A stretch of 52,522 bases of DNA from Octopus sinensis. Its lineage: Eukaryota. The stretch covers positions 1 through 52,522 of the forward strand of contig NW_021833966.1 in the NCBI RefSeq assembly GCF_006345805.1, given 5' to 3'. Shown piece by piece: positions 38,042 to 50,760 of this stretch. Each line of letters begins with the position of its first letter. The first letter of the stretch is position 1. Below the pieces are notes generated by a model. The model saw nothing but the letters and a program-made list of their open reading frames with translations. It made no database searches and was not told where the DNA came from. The translations under genes were made by a program, and so were the position numbers.

Positions 38042-38144
38042 CATTCATTTCTCATGTCTAATTCAGATCATCTCATTTTATGCCTTCGATTACTCCCCCA
38101 TCTCTTAATTTATCCTTTATATCCCCGTGTTCAACTTTCCCCAG

Positions 38145-38232
<88 letters not shown>

Positions 38233-38409
38233 GTCTGTCTGTCTGTCTGTCTGTATCTCTGTCTGCTCGTCTGTCTGTCTTGATACATGTATGTGTGTGT
38301 GTGTGTGTGTGTATATATACATATAAACACATATATAAATACATACATATATATAGATACTCATACGCATGCATGTGTGTACGAATGTACCTGTATGTGT
38401 ATTTGCATG

Positions 38410-38456
<47 letters not shown>

Positions 38457-38457
<1 letters not shown>

Positions 38458-38855
38458 CTCTTACTCTTTACTCTTTTACTTGTTTCAGTCATTTGACTGA
38501 CGCCATGCTGGAGCACCGCCTTTAGTCGAGCAAATCGACCCCGGGACTTATTCTTTGTAAGCCCAGTACTTATTCTATCGGTCTCTTTTGCCGAACCGCT
38601 AGGTGACGGGGACGTAAACACACCAGCATCGGTTGTCAAGCAATGCTAGGGGGACAAACACAGACACACAAACATATACACACACATACATATATACGAC
38701 AGGCTTCTTTCAGTTTCCGTCTACCAAATCCACTCACAAGGATTTGGTCGGCCCGAGGCTATAGCAGAAGACACCTGCCCAAGATGCCACGCAGTGGGAC
38801 TGAACTCGGAACCATGTGGTTGGTTAGCAAGCTACTTACCACATAGCCACTCCTA
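38457..38855 (-). mobile_element. SINE family B, full length (tRNA-derived)
   Basis: Minus head ggagtggctatgtggtaagtagcttgct...ggttccgagttcagtcccactgcg with A/B boxes, internal (CA/TA) microsatellite, and a short-repeat tail. Confidence 0.9.
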
Positions 38856-39149
38856 TATATATAACAAGTAAAGGTAAGATCCAAGGATCCAGCTGTATGG
38901 CGTTAGTAAGCTTCGAGCAGTCTGTCTAAAGTAAAAAAACAACTTACAGGAACAATAGAGCTTTATTGACGTTGAAAGTTGTAAGTTTTTTTCACATTGA
39001 AGTTCTATAAGCTGAAAAAAGTTATTTTACAGCTGTGGTTGCTGTGTATGCGAAGGAAAATCCAAAATTGGGAAACAAAGTTGATAAACTGTAGACTACA
39101 TATGTTCCTAGTTTGCGGCAGATTTTGGTAGAGCAATTTTGGAGAAGGA

Positions 39150-39290
39150 GATAAGCCGACTCCAATGCTCAACGTCTATCGACCCGGAATGGATGAAAGG
39201 AAAAGTCCCCGGAAGAATGTTAACTCTGAACGAAAAGACGGACGAAATGCCGCTAATCATTTTGTCCGGCATGATAACTATTCTGTCTAT
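39150..39290 (-). mobile_element. SINE family A, diverged
   Basis: tatcgaccc.gaa.ggatgaaagg.aaagtc...gacggacgaaatgccgctaa.catttt. Confidence 0.75.
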
Positions 39291-39416
39291 GGAAAGACAA
39301 TCATGTTAGTTAATGTATTCCTCGATATGATTATATTTAATAAAAAAAATATTTGTTCATAGACTTGCTCTATCAGAGTAGATACACATCATCATCATCA
39401 TCCTCATCATCATCCT

Positions 39417-39449
<33 letters not shown>

Positions 39450-39464
39450 CAGCCATGAACGTTA

Positions 39465-39900
39465 TATTGCAGAACGCATTATAAGATAAACTGTGAATTT
39501 GGAAAACCTCTTTGATCGAAGAACTACGGAATATTCGGACAAAGTTATTTTCGATGAAGCCGAACAGAAATTTAACCGGTTACTTAACTCTGATAACTTC
39601 AAAACACAACAATACAAAACTCCCTCACAGCTGCTCCCTACCCCTACCCTTAAAAAGAAAAATAAGATCTGGTTCAGCCCACCATTGAACGAGTAGGTCT
39701 CATAACAGGAAATTCTTTCTCCGGTCAGCAAACTACCGCAAACCATTCAACAGTAACAACATAAAAGTAATCAACTGCTGTAGAAAAGGTTCCCTCAGAC
39801 AAATTATTTCATTAGATAATACAAAAATCACGAAATCTCACACTGAAAGTGAAAACCAAAGAGTAGATAACTGCATTTGCTGGAGCAACACATCATAGCG
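39465..39900 (+). mobile_element. Penelope-like element RT-to-endonuclease linker fragment
   Basis: KKKNKIWFSPPLNE, then FNSNNIKVINCC...QIISLDNTKI...DNCIC. This matches the PLE pattern KRKRNIIWFNPPY...FNRNNVKVSYSC..IIS.HN.KI...CNC. Confidence 0.7.
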
Positions 39901-40424
39901 ATTATGTAATACGTCGGTCTAGTGGAATAAAACAAAAAATAGGCCTTTCTATCTCTTTAATAGACACAAGAGAAGATACCACAATTTTGCTCTCTCTGCC
40001 ACAGTGAAAACCCGTAATGGGTTTTGAATGAGGTCAGGCAGAAACACAGACCAGCAAATGAACTGGATATATGTGGTCTGTCCATGTGAGATGAAAATGT
40101 TATAACATATACTGAAATGAAAAAAAAAATGATATGACTATAAACCATTCTGCACAAAAAGAGAACTGGACTGTAATGGTCGCCACAGTGTGAAATGTTT
40201 TCTGTTACATTTTAAGGACAGCCTTGATAACACTGATAACAATATACGTAACGATAAATAGCCACCATCTTGTTTCTTACTTTCTCAACTGCAGTTAAAG
40301 TGCATCGATGTTTGTTTCGCCCAATAAATTCATGTGGCAATGACATGCACAAAACATACATCTGTGCACATTAATCAAACATACATACATGCATAAATGT
40401 ATGCATGAGCACAAATATATGTTA

Positions 40425-40461
40425 ATCTATCTATCTGTCTGTCTATCTATCTATCTGTCTG

Positions 40462-40501
<40 letters not shown>

Positions 40502-40590
40502 CCTATCTATCTACCTACCTATCTATCTATCTATCCATCTATCTATCTATCTATCTACCTATCTATCTATCTACCTATCTATCTACCTAC

Positions 40591-40656
<66 letters not shown>

Positions 40657-41196
40657 GTCTATTTTTCTATCTACCTACCCGTCTGTCTGTTTGTCTCTCT
40701 AGCTATCTTACTGCCTTCTCTCTCTCTATCCCTCTCTCCCGCTTTATAAAATATGTACTGTACTATATAAATAGACTGCTTTTTCCCCTTTCTACCACGA
40801 ACACTCACCAATTTATATCAATATATACATGTGCATGTGCATCTGCTTGTGTGTGTAGGTATGGTGCATATATATATATATATATCTGTATATATACATA
40901 TATTATATATATATATATATATATGTGCATGCATGTATGTATGTATGTATGCATGCATGCCTTTATGTATGTATAAGTGCGGCGTTGTCATTGTTATATA
41001 GTTTGGACGCATAAAAATTTCTCCGGTTATCCATTTAAACTAATTTTCACATCTTATCAGCTTTCAGGTTTTCTTGCTTCTGTCGTTATAGCATTAACTC
41101 GCTGTTCTCCATGCGTATAAGTATGTATGTATGCATGTGCAAATATGTATGTATATAATATATATATATATATATAATATATATATATATATTTGC

Positions 41197-41231
<35 letters not shown>

Positions 41232-41267
41232 ATGCATACATATGTATATATATATACATACATACAT

Positions 41268-41298
<31 letters not shown>

Positions 41299-41388
41299 AA
41301 TATATACACATATATATATATAGATATATACATATATGCGTATATATACATACAGACATATATATATACATATATATATATATACATG

Positions 41389-41449
<61 letters not shown>

Positions 41450-41510
41450 TATTATATATATACCTACATATACATATATACATATATGTACATGTGTGTA
41501 TATGTATATA
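40425..41510. repeat. (TATC)n and long (TA)n fields
   Basis: Direct reading (about 40425-40660 and 41140-41510). Confidence 0.9.
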
Positions 41511-41739
41511 TATGTACATGTTCTAACATGTGTGTGTGTGAGTGTAGAAATGTGTATATGTTTCCATTTAATGCAACCGCATAAGATATCTGACACCGCT
41601 CTTCAATGGAAATAGATTTTCTGAACGTTGTCTGTCATAATCTCGCAGGAAATTCCTCTCGCTCGACCATCTTCATAAAACATTAACATTTGACAGGTCT
41701 TAGAAAAATTTCTTCCTGCATTTTTAGTCAAAACACACA

Positions 41740-41819
41740 ACCACCACCACCACCAGAAACACAACAACAACCACAACAATAACAACAACCTAAACGAAAT
41801 AACTATATAAATATATTTA

Positions 41820-41850
<31 letters not shown>

Positions 41851-42310
41851 TACAAAACACATGAGATGTCGAGTTCCTTTTTCTGCTTTTTGTTTCTTTT
41901 TTTTATATTTTTCTTATTTCTCCATATTTAATCCTTACTCCTCAGCCATATTGCTTATCAACCGTTCCTTGCATTATTTATTTATATGTTTTCTATCACA
42001 ACTTGAGTGTTTCTTGCTCTGGTTTTGTTGTAGTTTTTTCCTTGTTGTTTCGTTTTGTGGTTTTCTCTTTAATTTTAATGCTTTTTTTTCTTGCCTTGCT
42101 TTGTAAATTTTCTTTTCTTTTTATTTTTTTTGATTTCTTGTTACATATGTTGCCACCGCCCTTGCTCTTGGTGCTGTTGCAGTTGTTGTGGCTGGTACGG
42201 TTGTGCTTGTTGTTGCTGTTACTGCTGTCCATGATGATGATGATGATAACGATGTTAATGATGATGTTGATGAGGATGATGATGATGGTGATGATGATAA
42301 GTGATAATGA

Positions 42311-42341
<31 letters not shown>

Positions 42342-42650
42342 TGTTGCTGTTTGTTGTATCTATTTTTGTGGTTGTTGTTGGTTTTGTACATTTTCTATTT
42401 GTTGCCTGTTTGATGCTGTTGCAGTTGTTGTTGTTGTTGCTGTTGCTGCTTTTGATATTGTTGTTGTTGTTGCCGGTGGTGGCAGCACTGGCGTTGCTGT
42501 TGCTCCGTTTGCTTTTCGTTATTGTTGATCTTGTTGTTATTGGTGTTGTTATCGGTTTTAATGGTATTCTCTCGTACGTAACTGTTGTTGTTGTTGTTGT
42601 TGTTGTTGTTGTAGCTGTTTTTGTTGTTATTTTGTTGTTGTTGATGGTGG
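41740..42650. repeat. Degenerate trinucleotide low-complexity region (AAC/AAT/GAT/GTT)
   Basis: Direct reading. Confidence 0.8.
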
Positions 42651-43724
42651 TATTTGTCTGTAGGTGTAGTATGGCCTACAAAGTCATAAGTTCAATTCCA
42701 GAACGTAGCTTTTTCAGCCTACGCCATTTTCTATAGCCCCGGGTCAACTCGTATACAGCAAATGAAATGAAATAGACAGGAATTTGGAGGATTATCTGTA
42801 CCTGTAATTAGAAACGGTACAGGCTTATGCGTTGTGTCACGCTGATACTAGCGAAGAATTACCTAAACTCTACCCATGTCCATTTAGTATGCAGTCCTTT
42901 ACAAGTTAAATCAAGGGCAAGTAATTTTGTTAAGCAAAGCATCGAATCCTCATCGTCGAGCGACGGAGAACCACCGGGATGTTTGTGAGTGTGTGGCGGG
43001 GTGGGTAAATGGTAGACTATCACGTGGGCTGGTACAAACCCATAGCAAACGGGATCATAATTACTGAACAACATCGACTGCAAGAAACCAACTTCTTCTG
43101 GCGCCAGCAACAAGCATCAACCACCGCAACCACCATGTATAAATATGTCACATGTGAGAAACATGTGGACGAAAATTAGTTTGCACGTACGCATGCGCAT
43201 TTACTGCTAGATGACAATTCTGTGTGTAGCAAGGAAGGAAGACGGCTCATAAGAAACGGTATCGTGTTTGAAGCTGCTGTTGGCCTTGGTGGTGGTGGTG
43301 GTGTGCCCCTTGTTGTTGTTGTTGTTTTGCTAGTGGTGGTGGTAGTGGTGGTGTTTTAACATGTTTGTTGCTGTTAGTGTTGTTGTTAACATTGGTGTTT
43401 ATATTCTTGACAATGCTGTCATTGCTGCTGCTGCTGCTGCTGCTGCTGCCGATTTTACTATTGTGATTGTTGTTGATGTTCTTCTTGGTGACAGTGTCAT
43501 TGTTAATTTTGCTGATTTTGTTTTGTTAATTCCTTAATTTATTCAGTTCCATCGGGGCGGAAGTGAGGTCAGTTCGATTTAGGGTTTCTCTCCTAATTTT
43601 CTCCTTGTTGTTACAACAACTTTCGCGCGGAGTTTGGGGTGGGTGCGTAGACTCATTAAATCCCTGTACACAATGCCTTCGGCCAGACTCGAACCTAGAT
43701 AGCTTACGGATCTGTAATACGTGC

Positions 43725-43840
43725 AGCATTTCTTCCGATTATATTCTGGGTTCAAACCCTGCCTATCAGAACTGTTGGTTTCATCCTGTTGGGAGTCGAT
43801 AAATGAAATCACCAGTTGTGAACTGGGGTCCCTACACTCC
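43725..43840 (+). mobile_element. SINE family A, diverged, plus orientation
   Basis: agcatttc..ccg...ttctgggttcaaa...ttcatcct.ttggg.gtcgataaa....accagt. Confidence 0.65.
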
Positions 43841-43889
43841 GCTAATACCCCTCCTCACAATTCTTCTCCCCTCTTTGCTTATGCTACAA

Positions 43890-44344
43890 ACAATTCTTCT
43901 TCTTCTCCTTCTTCTTCTTCTTCTTCTTCTTCTTCTTCTTCTTCTTCTTCTTCTTCTTCTTCTTCTCTTCTTCTTCTTCTCTTTCTTCTAAATATTATTA
44001 CCATTATTATTATTGAGGTGTTTGCGTTGACTTATTATTTACGATCTTCCTCTGGTTTCTCATCGTTATAATTATCTCAATTCTCTTCTCCTCCTCCTCC
44101 ACTTCCTCCTCCTTCTTCACGACTATCATTATTATCATCGTCATCATCATTATCATTATTATTATTGTTATCATTATTATTATTCTATGAAAATATGTGT
44201 TAGTTATCCAGGGAAATTTTGTTTTTGGTTTTTGTTTTTGTTTCTGGCAGATTTACTGTTTATAATTCTTCATTATTTTTCACACTCTTCTTGTTGTTTA
44301 TTTCTGGTTGCTTTGTTACTGCTAATGTTGATGATGACGATGGG

Positions 44345-44407
<63 letters not shown>

Positions 44408-44535
44408 GCTGTTGTTGTTGTTGTTGTCGTTGTTGCTGCTGTTGTTGTTTTTCAAATTCTTTCTGAATTAGTTGTTACTGTTACAAAATTTGCTGCTTTT
44501 AGTATGGTTGTTGTTATTGTTGTTGTTGTTGTTGG

Positions 44536-44569
<34 letters not shown>

Positions 44570-44640
44570 GACGTTACCGTTGTTGCTATTATTATTTTTG
44601 TTGTGGTTGTTGTTGTTGTTCTTAGTATTATTGATATTTT
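43890..44640. repeat. (TTC)n, (ATT)n, (GTT)n compound arrays
   Basis: Direct reading. Confidence 0.9.
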
Positions 44641-44882
44641 CATGACATTGCGGCAATGAAAGGGATTTGTAGTGCTTGTAGCTTTTAGGTCTTGTTGCTT
44701 ATAGTCGTTCTTGTTGTTACTGCAACGGTTGTTGTTTGTGTTGTTGTTGGTCTGGAGGGAATTTTGCATTTTATTATTGTTTTTGTCTGTTTATTTTGTG
44801 TGTTTGTAGCATTTTATATGAATTTCACTTTAATCCGTTTTTTTTCTTTCTGTTCACTCTTTCTGTGATATATAAATTTATA

Positions 44883-44939
<57 letters not shown>

Positions 44940-44944
44940 ACATA

Positions 44945-45413
44945 TATATATATTATATATATATATGCGATATATATATTATATATATATATATATATAT
45001 CTTATATAAATGCATAATATATATGCATATATATATATATATATATATAGGTATATATGCCCATCTGTGATGATGTTATAGCCTCAAAGATTAGCAAGAA
45101 ATTACTACCTCCCTCCACTCACATATGTGTATAAATGTGTGAGGGCATCTTGTGTGTGTATATATATCTGTGTGTTACTGAAAGGTGGACTGAGTGGGGC
45201 AGGTATTAAATATACGGTAGTTGATACATACGCATTTCAAGTCAGTTATATAGACGTATGCATATATACACTCGCATAGTTATAAACTCAGTTACATATA
45301 TACGTGCGTATGTATTAATGTACATATGCTATGTATATATGTATATATATATATATATATATATGAATATATATACATATATATAAATACATTATATATA
45401 TATATATGTGTGG

Positions 45414-45448
<35 letters not shown>

Positions 45449-45472
45449 ATGAATATATATACATATATATAA

Positions 45473-45526
<54 letters not shown>

Positions 45527-45937
45527 GTAAATATATATTATATTATATATATTATATCGCATATATATAGATATATATTATATATATATATCTTATATAT
45601 ATGCATATATACTATATGCATATATATTATATATATATAGGTATATATGCCCATCTGTTGATGATGTTATAGCCTCAAAGATTAGCAAGAAATTACTACC
45701 TCCCTCCACTCACATATGTGTATAAATGTTGTGAGGGCATCTTGTGTGTGTATATATATCTGTGTGTTACTGAAAGGTGGTACTGAGTGGGGCAGGTATT
45801 AAATATACGGTAGTTGATACATACGCATTTCAAGTCAGTTATATAGACGTATGCATATATACACTCGCATAGTATAAAACTCAGCCGTTATATATATACG
45901 TGCGTATGTATTAATGTACATATGCTATGTATTATGA

Positions 45938-45976
<39 letters not shown>

Positions 45977-46013
45977 CATATATATAAATAACATATATAT
46001 ATATATATATATA

Positions 46014-46048
<35 letters not shown>

Positions 46049-46104
46049 GAATATATATACATATATATATAAATACATATATATAAAGATATATATATTA
46101 TATA

Positions 46105-46135
<31 letters not shown>
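44945..46135. repeat. Two-copy tandem duplication, period about 590 bp
   Basis: The unique core at 45050-45335 recurs at 45640-45930, and the surrounding TA tracts also recur. Confidence 0.92.
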
Positions 46136-46137
<2 letters not shown>

Positions 46138-46239
46138 CTATATATACTATATATGCATGCATGTATATGTATATGTATCTCGTATATTCTTAAATATAAT
46201 CATCTAATACATATATCCACATGTTTATATATGTGCGTG

Positions 46240-46271
<32 letters not shown>

Positions 46272-46448
46272 TATATGTATATATACGTATCATAAGCATA
46301 TAGAAAAGCCCATAATATATATGATGTGAGTAATCATATTAATAAGTGTGAATGCTCGCTAAAAGTTTGGCTTTTAAAGATATTAAAGATGTGACGTTAT
46401 ACAAGTTAATATGAAATTATTTCTACAGTCGGAATTTTGATCTAAATT

Positions 46449-46493
46449 ACCTCCCCCTCCGCCACCTCCCCCTCCGCCACCTCCCCCTCCGCA
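46449..46493. repeat. 15-bp minisatellite x3 (acctccccctccgcc)
   Basis: Direct reading. Confidence 0.85.
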
Positions 46494-46639
46494 TTCTCCT
46501 CTTCGCTTCTTTATGATTATTTATAATGTTAGTAATAACAGTGATAAACACAACAACATCAGCAACAACAAATACAACAACTATAATAGTAATAATAATG
46601 ATAATATTAACGTGAACAGCAGCAACAGTTATAATAATA

Positions 46640-47230
46640 CTAATCGGCACTGAACTCGCACGCAGTCGCAGTAGCTCCATATGGGGCTGGAATCTTAACA
46701 TGGACAGCGGAGGAGCTAAAGGAGCTGGACAGAATGACAAGAAAGCTCTTAAGGATGCATGGAGCCCAGCATCCACGTGCAGACCCTGATCACATCTAGG
46801 AAGTGGATAAATGTGGAAGAGTGCGTTCGTATTGAACTCGAGAGCTTAATGAGATACCTATCCCAAAGTAAGGAGACCTCGCCAATGACGATTAGCAATG
46901 AGGGAGTATTGAAAGCAGAGAAAAAGGGGGTAACAAAGAAGGGCAAAAAAGGACATGGAGAAGAATTACGCAACAAGGGCCTACGAATCAATTCAGTGTA
47001 GCCATAACGGAAGTTGCTGGAAAACAGAGCTGGAATTGGCTGAAGGAAGGAACAAGGAACTCTGAAAAAAGTGACTGAGAACACTATACAGGCAGCTTTG
47101 GCCACGAATTGGAGGTTCAACCTTAGGAATGAGCCAGTGTTTCCGCTGTGCTGCATAGCAACTTAAACAAGGAGACAGTCCAGAAGAGTTGCAGCAGATT
47201 CTGAAGTCGTCTGGAGGCCATGGTTGAAGC
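46640..47230 (+). mobile_element. R4/Dong-like (RLE-type) non-LTR retrotransposon fragment
   Basis: AVAVAPYGAGILTWTAEELKELDRMTRKLLRMHGAQHPRAD / INVEECVRIELESLMRYLSQS / EVAGKQSWNWLKEG / LKKVTENTIQAA. These are post-RT motifs of R4-like elements. Confidence 0.75.
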
Positions 47231-47627
47231 GAATGGTGATTTTATTGAAGAAATCTACTCATTAATACTTCAAGATATTTTAAAGCAATTTTGGTAAATA
47301 TATCTGCTAAAAGGAGATGTCATTGTTATTTTCATATTGTTGCTCAATGCTCCAAATGAGGGGTAGACAGACAGCCGACAACTGATGAAGGGTCGTTCTT
47401 TGTGATACTTGTCCTGTTTTCCATTATTTTTCTCTCGTTGTTTGCGTATTGAACTCATTTGTTTTCGTATTTCATGTTGTTTTCTGTTGGTGAAGTCCTA
47501 TACTCACACACACACACACACACACCACCCCACACACACCACCACACACACACACACATACTATATATAATATATATATATATATATAATACACATATAC
47601 ATATATACATATCTATATATATAGATG

Positions 47628-47676
<49 letters not shown>

Positions 47677-48138
47677 ATCATATATACACATATATACATA
47701 TATATATGTATGTATGTATGCATGCATGCATGTATGTATGTATGCCTATAGGGAACAGAACAGTTTGACTGAAATCCCGTGCCACTTAATATTTCAAAGC
47801 TTCTGACGGGACCTAGCGGGCCAGTTGAAATTCGGATAAAAGTAGAGGTGTAGGAAATCCAAGATGACCACATGTATATGAGCTGCAATTAGTCAAGGAA
47901 GGTCACGCAGTATCACAGTTTTGATATTGGTAGATCAGCGACAACAGTTCCTTGTGAAACAGGTCGCGTGGAGAACAGAAAATGAACTGTGTGGCTGAGA
48001 CCAGTGGTTGGGACCGTGTGTGCGTATGTGTGTGTATGAATGTGATTTTGCGGATGTGCGAACGCGTGCTAAAATTGACTGTATATGTATTTGTATGTAT
48101 GTGTGTTAAGTGCGTATATGTGTGTGTTTGTTTGTGTG

Positions 48139-48207
<69 letters not shown>

Positions 48208-48244
48208 TTATCTATCTATCTAATTATCTATCTATATGTGTGTG

Positions 48245-48336
<92 letters not shown>

Positions 48337-48377
48337 CATCTATCTATCTATCTATCTATCCATCTATCTATCTATCT

Positions 48378-49825
48378 GTCAGGGATGCCCCCTCTCGGCG
48401 CTTCTATACGTATTGACTCTTGAGCCACTACTGCGGAAGCTGGCGACTCTAAGGGGCATCCCGCGAGAATTGGGATGCGGGACGAGCGTGCCTGCATACG
48501 CGGACGACGTCACCGTCATAGTGTCAAGCCACGAGCACATCGAGCGGGTCGGCGAGACACTGAAAGACTACGAAGCGGTGACAGGAGCCAAAATCAACCG
48601 GGAAAAGTCAGTGGGCTTGCGGCTCGGCACCTGGAGAAGCAAGCCCATGCCGTCACCAGTACCTCCGTCGTGGGACGCTGGACAGACGGCCCGGTTGAGT
48701 TGCTCGGGGTCTGGTTCGGTCCGGACCTCCAAATGGAGAAGAACTGGAACGAGATAACGAGTAGGGTGGTCACTCTCGCCCAGCAATGGGCCGAGAGGAA
48801 CTGTCCCTAAAAGGTCGGGCGGAGGTGTGAAACGCGTAAATCGCGTCCATCATCTACTACCGCCTGACCGTCGTACCTTGTCCCGACCTACCATCACCAA
48901 ACTAGAACGCATCCTCTTCCGCTTCTTGTGAAAGGATGCGTCCCGATGGTCAGGCGATCCATTTGCTGTCAACACCCGTTAAAAGGAGGGCTGGGCATGC
49001 CGTGGTTGATGGCTCGAGAAACACGGGGCCGACCTGCCCGAGATGCGGGCAGAGCGACGAAACTGCTCTGCACGCAATCCTGCAGTGTCCAGCAATTTCC
49101 GACCTGTGGGCTTATGTCGAACGACTGCTGTCACGTGTGGGACGTGTCGGTTTATCAGCCGAGTTTATCGTTAATATCGTCACGCCTCCTTCCTTCAAAC
49201 GGGAAGGAAGAGCTATTTTTATCATACTTGTGGCTATGGCGAAAGAATGTATCTGGTGGACGCGCCTGAAAGGATTAGAGACAAACACTTTCCTCTCTGG
49301 TCAATCTCTCATCAACTTCTTCAAGTATCACTTGAAGAGGAAAGTGAGAGTAGAGAGGCAAGTTTTCTCTAGTGAATGTTTTAAAAAAAGATGGGTGAAT
49401 GTAGCAAGGATGGCACGTATGAATGACGAAGCCACCTTGACTATGATTCTATGAACCGTAAAAATTAATACAGAGAGTTGCTTTTTGCAAAAAAAAAAAA
49501 AAGAAATATAACATGTGACTTCATTGACCGAGGTTACCGTGGTCTTTTCCGTAGGCTTTTCTTTCCACGGGTAAACCTCACCTGTTTCTCCCTTTACACT
49601 TCATATTGACATTTCTGTGATAACGATCCCTATTGATCAATTTTTTTGCTCTCCCCCACCTTTTTTTTTTTTTTAAACCCCTCCCTTTTTTTAGTCCTCT
49701 TTCTTTCCATTTACGATCCCTTTTGATCGAAAACCACCACTCCCTTTTTTTTACCCCCAAAAGAAAAGCTCTACCTTGTAATTTGTTCTATCTGTGTGCA
49801 GCCCTGTGCGGCTAATACAGAAACA

Positions 49826-49826
<1 letters not shown>
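48378..49826 (+). mobile_element. Tx1/L1-clade LINE, 5'-truncated and internally deleted
   Basis: QGCPLSALLY; AYADD (48497-508); GAKINREKS; SLKGR; KGGLGMP; C-terminal CPRCGQSDETALHAILQC; stop at 49454; T-rich 3' UTR ending in (TATC)n. Confidence 0.92.
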
Positions 49827-49911
<85 letters not shown>

Positions 49912-49945
49912 ATTATCTATCTATATGTGTGTGTGTTTGTGTGTG

Positions 49946-49991
<46 letters not shown>

Positions 49992-50189
49992 GTATGTGTG
50001 TGTGCGTGCGTGCGTCAGACGGCTTCCAGTATTTGAACAATCCTTTGATGCACAGATAACAGGTGAAATGAGGGAATTCTTGTAAATAATTCCAAGGCTG
50101 GGTATATAAGGAACCAATTTAAGGGCTCGGGTTGAATTCCTACTTTTGTTGGACACTAATTGTGAATGTCTAGTGTTGATTGAGGTAGA

Positions 50190-50760
50190 CATTGTTTGAA
50201 GATAAAATGGAATTTTGAAACGTGTTGGTGCCATTTTAAAAGAAAGGAAGATTTCTGGAGAAAATATATTATTCGTGATGAGAATGCAATGAGAGGGAAG
50301 CCCTGCCTGGTTTGCAACTGGAAAGAATTAAAACAGGAAGAACATATTGGATTGTGTTGTTGTTGCAAAAATAGGGGCTAGTCACGCTGGAACATCTTTG
50401 ATTATGAATGAGAATGTCTTGGCGTGAAACACAAATGGCAACTACAACAATGAATAAAAAAATAATAACGACAACAACAACAACAATGCTATTAATGCCA
50501 TCTGAATGCTTTGTGCAGTTGTTCTGTTTGAAGGAGAGTTGTAGGTTTCTAAAGAATTATTAAAGACATTTCCGATATTCCATTGTGAAGGTCAAGCAAT
50601 TACATTCAAGCTCACTCGATGATGGATCTTTATTAAAATGGTGCGTCTTTTATTCTGGAATTTATAATGAAAAATCTGAAGAGAAATTAGAAATGGTTTG
50701 AAAAGTTTCTCACCAAAATCAATAAATTTGTTTTATCTTCTGTTGTTGAAAATGTGAATC
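50190..50760 (+). mobile_element. Tc1-like transposase relic
   Basis: KEDFWRKYIIRDE resembles FW..VLWSDE, and a later SPKS..L..VVENV resembles WPPQSPDLNPIEN. Heavily decayed. Confidence 0.45.

Noticed and set aside
42859-43113. 84-aa minus ORF ending at a plausible donor (AG/GTAATT)
   Set aside because: No convincing acceptor and no recognisable homology.
50156-50368. Minus-strand QLQTRQGFPLIAF resembling the Helitron helicase RQFP motif
   Set aside because: The following TINKSQG motif is absent; the plus-strand Tc1 reading explains the region better.
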